A stretch of 62,940 bases of DNA, counting the filler, from Reticulomyxa filosa (Eukaryota > Protista > Foraminifera), in the NCBI GenBank assembly GCA_000512085.1. It is 16 parts of 16 records of this genome, joined end to end, with 100 filler letters (N's around TTAATTAATTAA, not from the genome) between each part and the next. Parts side by side here need not be neighbours in the genome. Positions count along the whole stretch, not along the records: positions 1 to 6,138 come from ASPP01014151.1; positions 6,239 to 21,698 come from ASPP01021478.1; 14 more parts are not named here. One strand, written 5' to 3'. The stretch's first letter is position 1, and every line of letters starts with the position of its first letter. Both the position numbers and the translations under genes were made by a program. The notes beneath the pieces were generated by a model. It saw only the letters and a program-made list of their open reading frames with translations, made no database searches and was not told the origin of the DNA. Shown in pieces: positions 1 to 10,136 of the stretch.

Positions 1-2
1 AC

Positions 3-611
3 AATGACAACAGCAATCGTAATCGTAATCGTAATCGTAATCGCAATAGCAATAGCAATAGCAATAGCAATAGCAATAGCAATAGCAATAGCAATAGCAA
101 TAGCAGTAGTAGTGAATGCGATGAACACAAATCATCTCGGTATCGATCCAGTGGCTCACAAGGGCGCAAGGAGCGTCACCATCGTTCTCCGCGAATATGT
201 GTGAAAATGATCGACTACAGCAACGTACATCCTCTGCATATTTTGTTGCCACAAATGGAAGAACAACAGTCCAAAAGTGAGTCGAAATTAACAAAAGAGA
301 CAGACGTCATTTTCAAAGAAAAGAAATTGACAGAACAAAATGTAATCGAGAAGAGTAATGAGAAGAACAAGGATAATATTGATGAGGAAGAGAAAGAAGA
401 GGGGCTTATATGGTTAGATGAAGAAGTAGATAACGAACAAGAGCCAGATCATGGAATATTACTAGGATTGGAGGCATTGTGTTTGTTACTAACGGAACTC
501 AAAAATACTGGAACCATCAAAAAAAGAGGAGACGATGAATGGATGGCTTTAATGCAATCCATTCCTTATTATGAAAAAGCCATCAAACCAATTATCAAAG
601 TTTTACAATAA
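3..611 (+). CDS. Inositol polyphosphate kinase (IPK/IP6K/IPMK family), 3' part, truncated by the window start
   Basis: Frame is open from base 3 (NDNSNRNR...) into the 201..611 ORF. It contains VKMIDY (family consensus vkMIDF) and DHGILLGLEAL (consensus DxGYLxGLxNL), separated by an acidic insert. Confidence 0.7.
   Translation, partial: NDNSNRNRNRNRNRNSNSNSNSNSNSNSNSNSNSSSSECDEHKSSRYRSSGSQGRKERHHRSPRICVKMIDYSNVHPLHILLPQMEEQQSKSESKLTKETDVIFKEKKLTEQNVIEKSNEKNKDNIDEEEKEEGLIWLDEEVDNEQEPDHGILLGLEALCLLLTELKNTGTIKKRGDDEWMALMQSIPYYEKAIKPIIKVLQ
15..105 (+). repeat. Hexamer microsatellites (AATCGT)n then (AATAGC)n, encoding NR/NS low-complexity sequence
   Basis: Directly visible tandem repeats. Confidence 0.9.
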
Positions 612-2168
612 TGGTCGTCACTATGCCCCATTGGGGGAATCATATGAAAGATGATCTATCAATCATTCTTCTATATTTAATTTCTGTCATTAATATAACA
701 CGAATCAATTTGATATTAACGCTTTACGTCATTTGATTATTTTTTTTTTTTTTTGCATTTGACAAAGCCCAACCGGACAAATCATCTCGGTTTAAATAGT
801 AAAAAAATGATATTTTTTGTATGTTATTGACTATTCACAGCTAAAACGAAAAAACAACAATCTATTTTTTTAAAAATCTGTTTGTGATAATCATTTACTT
901 ATTTTTTGTAGTTCCACTTAGTAATTCGATATATTTGTATTCAACATCAAAACCACAACTAGTGAATCTTATGTATACAACCAAAATTTAGATATTCAAT
1001 GTATGATTATCTTCAAAAAATCATATAATCCGTTGTAATTAAATGCTTTTTTTTAGGTATAGAAATTAGATATGTTAGATGTAACATCTTTTTTCCCTTT
1101 TTTAATGACTGGGAAACCAAAAGTTCAAGAGTTTCAGTTTATGCTTTGTGTTCATTTTTTTTTTGTAAGATTGTGAACGTACGTTAAATAGTTTGCTTGT
1201 CCAAGTGTTGGTGTTTTTTCTATTTTTATTTTTCTGACAAACTGTCAAACTGAACTCAAGTGAACACTTTTTAGGCGGACCTGACCAGTAAAAATTTTTT
1301 TTAGTCAGCAAAAAAGTTTATAAAAAATATAAACTTAAATAAACGAAAAAGCACATAGTTTATTTATTGAAATAAAAATATTTTGAATTTTTTGCAAGTG
1401 TGATTGTCAAATTTTGTTTGTTTTGAACAGATTAACTTAATAAAAAAATTTATTACAAAAATATAAATTTTAAAAAATTGATCATTTTTTTAAGCAATTT
1501 TTTGATTTTATTGAAAAATTTTAAATATATGCAAACATACTGTATAAAAACTGATATAAAATAAGTATAATATCATTTTATGATGTCTTTATTTAATTTG
1601 CTCAAAAGAACAATCACGCATATACAATATCACCTACTCCTTTCAGTATAGCGTGTGTTCATGAACAATTTTATCTTTTGTATATTAAATTTTAAAAAGA
1701 TGCAAACTTGACTTTCAGAAATGACTTTTCTCGAACTTCTTTTTCAGTTGTAGCAAAAATGTGCATGAAAATTACAATGACGTAAACGAAGTAAAACTCA
1801 ACAAGTTGATAAACAAAACATTTCCAACCAAACAAATAAAAAACAAGGGCAAAATGGAAAGAGGAAAAAAGTTCAAGGTGCCAATAAACATAACAAAAAA
1901 ACAAAACAGAAAAGACTCTGTCTTGTGATCTGTTGTCTTTTTTTTTTCTTCCCCTCTCCCACCTTTTTTGAAGAAAAATAAATAAAAAAAGAAAAAAAAA
2001 GAAGGGTGAGAATTTTCAGATTTTCATTTTCATATATTTCAAAAAGAAAATATGACAACAAAAAGCAAAAAAGAAAAAGAAAGAATTGCTGTCCCCTTTT
2101 TTTTTTTTTAATTTATTGTAAGAATAAAACACACATAATCAAAGCTTTCCAACTTTGTATTTGTTTTT

Positions 2169-3326
2169 TTAACATGCACACCCAGCAGCTTTTGTTCTTT
2201 TTTCAGTGTCCTCCAAATCCACCTTTATCGACTTGCTAGTGACATCTTCATTGAATGATCTGAATGTTCATAGTCAAGTTTATCTAAAAAATTCGCTATT
2301 TATTTTTTTTTAAAAAAAAAAAGATTATTTAACGGCGCAGTATCCAAATCGCTAGTAACAGAAGCAATTTTGCGAATGGCAGCCTCGACATTATTTCCAT
2401 CCAAAGCGCTCGTTTCAAAAAATTGCATACGGTATTTATGTGCCAATTGCTCTCCATCCTGTGCCGAAACGGCGCGTGTTGACTGCAAGTCATGTTTGTT
2501 TCCACATAATAAAAAGGGAAATTTTTCAGCGTCTGGGGGGCTCGATTGTTCTAAAAAGCTGCTTCGCCACATTTCGATTTGCTTAAATGATTGATCATTT
2601 GTTATATCATACACTAGCACACAGGCATCTTTTTTTTTTTTTTACACAAACATGTCAATCAATAACAAAGAGTTCAATTAAAATTATTTTGAAGTCCTTT
2701 TTGTAACTTGCTTAAAAAAAAAAAAACTGTGGTGAACTTTTCACCCCTTCTTAAAATTTTTTCCCTCCTCCTTCCCCCTCATTTCATATCATTACTCACC
2801 TGCTCCTCTAAAGAATGCCGTGCCTAAGCTTTGAAATCTTTCTTGTCCGGAAGTGTCCCAAATCTATTTCATACACCAAAAAAAAAATAATTTAATATGT
2901 TGTTTTCCCTGTTTTTTGTAAAAAGGTATACGTTCAACAAAAAAATAAAGGCCCTTTTTCTACATTTTTTTATTTCCCTCCTTCCTCCCCCCCCCTACTT
3001 TTCAGCAATAGAGATCTTTGAAGCAAAGAACGCTTTGAGCGGTTTTAACCTGCAATGTAACCATCTTATCTTCAACAGAGATATCTTTTGTTATAAAATC
3101 AGCTCCTATCGTCGCTTTGTGCTCTTGAATAAATTGCCCATGTACATATCTATGCAGCAAGGCTGTCTTACCAACACTTTTTTTTTGTGTATGACAGGAC
3201 CATCAATGTTTAAGGTCGAAATAAGCACCGAGATTTAGGGAAGGAAAAAAATTACAAGCCTACTTACCCTGAGTCTCCTAAGATGATGATTTTCAATAAC
3301 ACTTTCTTTTTTGGTTGAGCGGTCAT
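2169..3326 (-). CDS. RAB7: Rab7-family small GTPase, 5 exons
   Basis: Spliced reading: MTAQPKKKVLLKIIILGDSG / VGKTALLHRYVHGQFIQEHKATIGADFITKD...TLQ / IWDTSGQERFQSLGTAFFRGA / DACVLVYDIT...GNKHD...ETSAL / ...AAGCAC*. G1-G5 boxes, the Rab7-type KATIGADF and RFQSLG motifs and a C-terminal CXC prenylation motif are present. Introns are GT-AG. Confidence 0.92.
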
Positions 3327-6138
3327 TTCTGAAAGCTTTTGATATTATCTTCAAAATCTTTTGAGGAATAGGTTATACAATTGCCCTCGCAAAAGTACAG
3401 TTTTTTGTTTCTCTTTTGTTCTCCCCTTTCCTAAGACAAAGCACACGTAACGTTTTCACACGACAGAGTGAAAAGAATTACTGATACTCTAAATCTCTTT
3501 TTTTTTGTGTAATCGTGTAAAATGCACATATCATTTGATAGCTTTCTTTCAAAGACCAGCAAAGGTATTGCACAAAAAAAATGAATATAGTTGGAGGGCT
3601 AACTTGAATATAAATAGCAATGCTCATTACCAAGACAGGCCCTCCACTTTGTCGTTGGCACTTGTTGTCTCTGAAACTCGACATGTAAGTCCAACACATT
3701 CCAATTGTCATCATTGCTGTTATCAATGGCAGAGCGAAGATTGTTGTTGTTATAATTTGTGTTCAAATCGATATGCTGTTGAAACGCAAAGGACAAGTCG
3801 GTAGTGATTAGCTCATTTATGATATAGTTGTGTATTCGCGTGTGCATTTCCATTTTCATAAAAGCAGATGACATTTTCAGTGTATTCATCGATGAGAACT
3901 TGATTTTCCAAAATTGGACTCACCACTTCGCTTTTGTCTTGCAACGCCATATCTTTCAGTTTTCTGTATAATTTGGATACCATTTTTTCTTTTTTTTTAG
4001 CAATTTGTATACGTAAAAAAGTGGTAGTGCAAGGACGGGACAAGGAGATGATATAGACAGATATCATTGTATATGTTTAAAAACAATTATCACGCATTTT
4101 ATTGCAACATATGTATTTAAAAAAAAAGAATAAACAGCATTAACTATCAGGATGTTGAGGGGATATATCACAGGCGCAGTAAAAACAGATCGCTAGATTG
4201 TTAGCTCGATGACTTGTGCGTCTTTGCACACGATGCATAACTTATAATCTACAATCGAGGATGTCCTCGCGATAGATGAAGAATAGATTTTCCGTTGTTG
4301 TAATCCCACTACTAGGGTCGAACTGTATTCGACATTTTTGCAAAAGTGGAGCATTTTGCCTTTTTTTTTTGCTTCTTATGTTTCTGCTTTATCTTTTTTT
4401 TAAAAAAAAATACAAAATGGGAATTTATCATCAAAAACACGACAACAAAATACAAATATTGGATAGTTCCAATCAAAAGGCAAGTTTGTTTCAAGCACTA
4501 CAATGCGAGATTATTACGGACAAATGACAAAGTATAGTGATTTCAATCAACTATTGTTAACACATTGTCTATTTTTTTTTATCACCTTTGCATTGACTGC
4601 TTTAAGACCAGGAAAGGTAAAATTTAATAAAACAAGAAAATGATCAATTTTTTTTTTTAAGAAATGGATTAAATAATAGTTCGACTGCAAAAAGGACTTT
4701 GTCTCGGTAGTTTTGGGGCATTGTTGGAATGACACAATTCAATGTCGATCTATTTCACAGGTAATATTTTTCTTAAGTGTAATACGAGAGTAAGTGTTGC
4801 TATGTTTGTTTAATAAAGAAAATTTTTGCAAAACTGGATATCTGTTTCCTCGAAGCGTTTATTTCTGAAGATTCTGTTTGTGCATGTTCCAAAAGACATT
4901 ATTTTTTTTACCTATTTAAATGATACACTGCTTTATCATATTTACTAGATATTCTTTGGGATTGTTTCGTTAATACCTGCTTTTCCGTGTCTTCAGTGAA
5001 TATTAATAGAAATCAAAACAATTGTGCACACACAACTCTAATCTTCACGGTTATTTCAATGATCTTTGTTTAAGCCTACCTTTGAAATAGATTTATTTGT
5101 TGCCAAGTGCAAGCATTTTTGTCAAAAGATTTTTTGTAAAGTTGCAAAAAGTAATTCGTTTGTCTTTAAGAAAAGTTTTTCTTGAGCTTTTGGAAGTTAC
5201 AATAACGTAATGATAATTTGCAAATGATACGCTATTTTAAATATTCCTTTTTAATCCACTTTGAATTTTTGTTTTATCTTTTAAAACCTTGTTTTGGTTC
5301 AAGGGGGAGACTTTTATTTTGTTTTAAGAAAGCAACGTTCTGTTTTAAGTTGTCTTAAAGTATGTTATTTAGTTCTATCCTCATCATTCGATTCAATAGA
5401 GGAAATTGTAAAAGAATAAGTGGCACGGAGTATGACTCAAGCCAAGTGTATTTATTTTGGAAGAAAAAAAAGAGCTAAAGTGGTGTCGACATCACACACA
5501 CAGCTCCAAATACATAAACAAAATATCGATTCAATTTGCACGGTAAAAAAAAAAATCCATGGATGAAGCAAAGAGATGCATGGCCCCTAAAAAAAAAGAG
5601 AGCCATTTCGACGATTCAAAGCGGACGCCAAGACATAAAGAGCGCGATTGTAAAGAAAGAAAATGAAGTATCTTGCAGTGAAGACCATTCAAATACAACA
5701 CGCTGTAGAAAAATGGATCGGATTCACGCTGTTGATCAAGGATATAAAAGTGCAAGAGCGGCATCTGTAAAAGAAAAAAAAATTATGGCATAAATGTTAA
5801 AAAAAAAAAAGCACGTGCGTCGATGATCTGTTTGTTATTATTAAACTGGTTCATTTATCTTGGCCGAGCCTGTTGCATTGAAAAGTGTTTATGTTCGAAC
5901 TGACACCGTTGTGTCGGGTACGTAAAGAAGTTTTGTAATAAAAAAAAAAAAAAAAAAAAGTAGTTAAAGCGCGACGTCCTTGCTACCGTTGTTACATTTA
6001 CTGCAAAGTGAGAATGGACTAAGTATTAGCCAACTGTATACTAATTACGGTTGACCATTTACGAAGTATTATGTTCTTCTGCGTAATAAATTTGACATTG
6101 CGTGTAAGAATGTCTTTAACAAGCTTTTTTTTTTTTTT

Positions 6139-6238
6139 NNNNNNNNNNNNNNNNNNNNNNNNNNNNNNNNNNNNNNNNNNNNTTAATTAATTAANNNNNN
6201 NNNNNNNNNNNNNNNNNNNNNNNNNNNNNNNNNNNNNN
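6139..6238. other. Artificial contig linker N44-TTAATTAATTAA-N44 (also at 21699, 26424, 28109, 31167, 34048, 35399, 40031, 42841, 47652, 53903, 56107, 57814, 59756, 61038)
   Basis: Fifteen identical 100-bp blocks with a palindromic all-frame stop core. Genes are truncated at these blocks. Confidence 0.98.
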
Positions 6239-7108
6239 TATTTTTTCAATCAACAATACTTTCGTGGAAACTATTGAATTGTATACAATCAAATTATTCT
6301 GAGATTCTACCACATTCAAACATATTGGACCTAAAAACGAACGGAAATGTATTGACCAAGGTTATTCAGGTACGCTAAGCAACAAAAAAGTATATCAAGT
6401 TGTAGAGCATGCAAGAGAAATGCGCAAAGAAAGTAATAAAATGTATAAACATGCTAAAATGCTTTTCTAAATGCGCATGTATTGTGTCACTATTTCATAT
6501 TTGTGTGGAATATAATTAGATAAATGAATATAACAAAAATCATGCATCCAAAAAAATATACGTAATCTTATTGATAGACAATCATTTAAAAATTGCTCTT
6601 CGTCATTTCGAGTACATGAGCGAACGATTACATGTAAATTAATAATGGCAAAGTCATATTAAATTATTACATTCATAAAATCAATGTAGCAATTCTCTAG
6701 TTTGTGATTGGTGTGACAATGTATCGGAAACTTTGGATATATTCAAGTTAAGTGTATGTGAAAAACAAAAGATTAGTAAAGTTAATTCAATTTTGCAAGT
6801 AAAGAGTAGCAAAAGATCATTAACGCATTGACACAAAACTTTGTTTTTCTAAAAGTATTGTAAATAAATTCTGTTGAAATCACTACACTTCTGTTTTGCT
6901 TTTTTTTTTTGGTGTCCTTGCTCGTCGACCTTCTGTGTATCTGATCCCTATTTAGGAAGCAATAATTCTGAGAAAATTTCTTAGATCTTTAGTTTTACGC
7001 ACGTAACTTTAGAATTTTTGTGTTGTATTGAAGAGACTATAAACTAGGAGACAGATATTCAAAAGAAAGTTTTCTAAATGAACTTCGAAAGGCTTGTTAT
7101 CCTGGAGG

Positions 7109-9598
7109 ATGTCATCCAAAGATATTACTTTTATAGAGGAACTCTTTCCTTTGGAAGGAGGCGCAATAGTAACGTTTGCGGCTAATTGCAAAACTCAAGA
7201 ATTAAGTAAAAATGCAAAAGTTCAAGAAAGAATCCTTGGAATAACAGAAATGAGGATTTGTTTGGTGAAATCTCGATTGGTGGGCCGAAGTTGTGACTGC
7301 TCTTATCTGTGGACAGAATTGGCAAAACTATCGATGGAAAAAGAGGACACCATTCGATTGTCGTTCAAAACGGGAGAAGGAACGCATGTATTTGACGTAA
7401 TTGAAAGTAACGAAAAGGACGCGTACCTAATTGTAAGTGCGATTAGCCAGTGTATCAATCAATTGAAGCAGTGTCTGGAGCTGGATGTGGAGATCGAGAA
7501 AAAGACAGAGACAAAGTCGGATGAAGAGGAAATCAATATGGAATTGACACATCAAGAGAAATTTCTGCTCGCGTACAAGATGCATTGCGCAAGAGAAAAG
7601 AGGCCCGTCGATGCGCATTTGATCGAAGAGATGACAAGAACAATTGAAGAGTGCGCAATGCAGATGGAAGACTCAAGCCCAGATAAGGACACGATATTCG
7701 AATTAGATGACGTCCTTCGATACGTATCTGTGTTGAAGGGCCAGAAGAAGCACGTGGTTAACCCGATCGACGTCAATATTATTTTGAAGTCGCTTTTGAA
7801 GGTGCCCGTGTTTACAGCCTATCATTTGGATAGACTGCCATTGGACGTAAGGCATGTCAAGGCAGTCGCCAGGACATTGAGCCAGAAAAGCCAAGTGGTT
7901 CAAAACCTCGCAATGCGCGGTTGCGAGATCACAACAGAGCATATCAAATGTCTGTTTAAGCATTTGGCGAGCGATGCGGTTGTTCGATTGAATTCATTGG
8001 GACTCAGTGGCAACGCAATCCAAGAAGCGGCATTTTTCCAAAGCTTCGATGCATCGAAGATGCAAGCGCGTAGATTGTATCTGTCGAATTGTCAATTGAC
8101 AGAGAAGTGCGTCGCAGCACTGGTGGAGCTGATGTTGAGCAAGCCATGGCAAAGCGCAGACTTTGGATTGATTAAAGTGGACCTGTCACAAAACTCGTTT
8201 AAAGATTCGACCGCAATTGTGTGTTCACATTTGGGAAAATATCTAAAAACCAATGCCGGATATTTGGAAGCGTTTGTTATCAAATATTGCCATTTGCCAT
8301 TGACATTTTTGGAAGACGCAGTCTTGAACACGGGTTCACTGTTGGAAAATCTGCAAGTCGTCGAGTGCAGTGGCAATGAAATGACCATTTATGGCGCGAG
8401 TGGACTGTCGCGTCTTTTGAAACAGTCCAAAGCGCTGCGATATGTGAGTTTGCGTGACATGAATCTGAACGAAGGAATCATTGTCGAAATATTGCTTGGC
8501 GCGCTGGCCAACGAGGGAGGCAGTGCCAATCCGATCATTCTCGACTTTGGTCTCACTAATCATGAAATGTTCGCTGGTCGACCCAACGCAATCACCAATG
8601 CACTCAAGACTTTGGCAAAAGAGTCCTCCAAGCATGGCAGGGCCCTCAAAGGACTCGTCTTTAGCAACAACTCGCTGCACGAGACGTTTCCCGAGTTCAT
8701 TCAGGCTCTCACGGCCATTCAGTCATTGGAAAAACTCGTGTTGGATCACAACTTTGCGAGCAAAAAGAAAGGAGGAGGCGTCGAAGGCATTGTCTGTCTG
8801 ACAAAGGCATTGGAGAAAATGCCAAATCTCAGCGAATTGGAGATTCGAGGTGTTCCCGACGAAAAACAAAAACTCCAACTTACTTACAAAGACTTGCAGC
8901 CTTTATTCGAATACTTAAAGACGGACACCAAATTGAAATCGATAATCCTCGATGGAAACAAGATTGAAGACAGCGGGTGTGCACTATTGGCAGAGGCAAT
9001 CGCGGCTAATTCCTCATTGGAGTCCATTTCGATCGAAGACTGCAAAATCACGAGCAAGGGAATTGAACACTTGCTCAAGGCCGTCAATTCGTCATCCAAA
9101 ACCAATTTACAATATCTACTTCCCAATCGTACCATGGATCAAATTCAAAAGACGGCAAGTAAAAAGGAATGGAAGAAAGTATCCGAATTGGTTTCTCAAG
9201 CTTTGCCGATTTTGCAACAAAATATCGACAAAAAAAAAACAAAGGGTGTCTCTCAACGCCAATCTGTTTCACTTGCCAATGCCCCCAATGCCTCACATTC
9301 CATTCAACAATTAGCCAATTTATTAGCAGGCAAACCCTTGATGGCCAACAAAAAGTACGAAGCCAAGGAATTCGCGTATGCAACATCTCCTGATCTCGAT
9401 ATCGTTGATGAAAAGCAGGAAAGTAATCCCAAACTCGTCTTCCCAAAATCCAAAGGACCTCCTCCTGCTCGATTCAGAGCTTTTTCGTCTGGCATTCGTG
9501 TCGAAACTGAAAAAGATGTTTCCGATTTGAAAATGGAAATGCCCACAACCGCTCAAGGGAAACGACATAAACGAACTCGCAAGAAAATCAATGTATAA
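7109..9598 (+). CDS. CARMIL-like protein: N-terminal PH-like domain, RNI-like leucine-rich repeats, basic/proline-containing tail
   Basis: Intronless ~829-aa ORF from ATG 7109. ERILGITEMRICLVK...SYLWTEL resembles the CARMIL PH domain. Many LxLSxN repeats are present (LGLSGNAI, VDLSQNSF, LVLDHNF, IILDGNKIEDSG). Confidence 0.72.
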   Translation: MSSKDITFIEELFPLEGGAIVTFAANCKTQELSKNAKVQERILGITEMRICLVKSRLVGRSCDCSYLWTELAKLSMEKEDTIRLSFKTGEGTHVFDVIESNEKDAYLIVSAISQCINQLKQCLELDVEIEKKTETKSDEEEINMELTHQEKFLLAYKMHCAREKRPVDAHLIEEMTRTIEECAMQMEDSSPDKDTIFELDDVLRYVSVLKGQKKHVVNPIDVNIILKSLLKVPVFTAYHLDRLPLDVRHVKAVARTLSQKSQVVQNLAMRGCEITTEHIKCLFKHLASDAVVRLNSLGLSGNAIQEAAFFQSFDASKMQARRLYLSNCQLTEKCVAALVELMLSKPWQSADFGLIKVDLSQNSFKDSTAIVCSHLGKYLKTNAGYLEAFVIKYCHLPLTFLEDAVLNTGSLLENLQVVECSGNEMTIYGASGLSRLLKQSKALRYVSLRDMNLNEGIIVEILLGALANEGGSANPIILDFGLTNHEMFAGRPNAITNALKTLAKESSKHGRALKGLVFSNNSLHETFPEFIQALTAIQSLEKLVLDHNFASKKKGGGVEGIVCLTKALEKMPNLSELEIRGVPDEKQKLQLTYKDLQPLFEYLKTDTKLKSIILDGNKIEDSGCALLAEAIAANSSLESISIEDCKITSKGIEHLLKAVNSSSKTNLQYLLPNRTMDQIQKTASKKEWKKVSELVSQALPILQQNIDKKKTKGVSQRQSVSLANAPNASHSIQQLANLLAGKPLMANKKYEAKEFAYATSPDLDIVDEKQESNPKLVFPKSKGPPPARFRAFSSGIRVETEKDVSDLKMEMPTTAQGKRHKRTRKKINV

Positions 9599-10136
9599 TA
9601 TTCCACAACATCCTTCTTTCACTCAACAAGTATTTTTTCTCTGCTATCACCATTTACTTTTTTTCTGTGCTTTTGTTTTTCACTTTCTCACTGGTGTTTT
9701 AAATAATTTGTTGTTGATTGTCTTGTTATTATCGCAAATGTGCTTGCTTCATTTGAACTAGTAGAAATTCTGCGAGGGCTTTGCGTTTTTTGTTTTGCTT
9801 TGTCTTGTTTGTTGTTACGTTCTCATCTTTAACTGCGAAACAGATGTTTCATATGAGTTGTTCACAAGTTTGAATCTCTCGCTCTCTCCAAGCCTTTTCC
9901 GATTTAATAACCTACACGATCAATCAACAAGCAATTTTACATCACAAACTTTGGAATATTTTCTTAGAATTGTCAATGTTAGAGCTTTTCTAACTAATTT
10001 GATCGATTTTTTTTGTAACGCTCTACACCAAAGACTGGCTCCTCTGGGGAGCGACCGTTTTTTATAATATTGCTCCATCCAAGCACTGACTTGCTTACAC
10101 AAAGAACAGAAATCTCGTTGCTTCAAAACAAAACAA

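Noticed and set aside
4-204. 66-aa hydrophobic ORF (IVIV/IAIA)
   Set aside because: Off-frame reading of hexamer microsatellites; the real frame encodes NR/NS within the IPK gene.
3478-5800. Short coding-like patches, including a CxFAH (CCCH-finger-like) fragment near 4210
   Set aside because: Interrupted in all frames. Possibly pseudogene debris, but no family can be supported.
7427-9622. Many antisense and alternative-frame ORFs over the LRR gene
   Set aside because: Shadow ORFs of a relatively GC-rich CDS, with no motifs.
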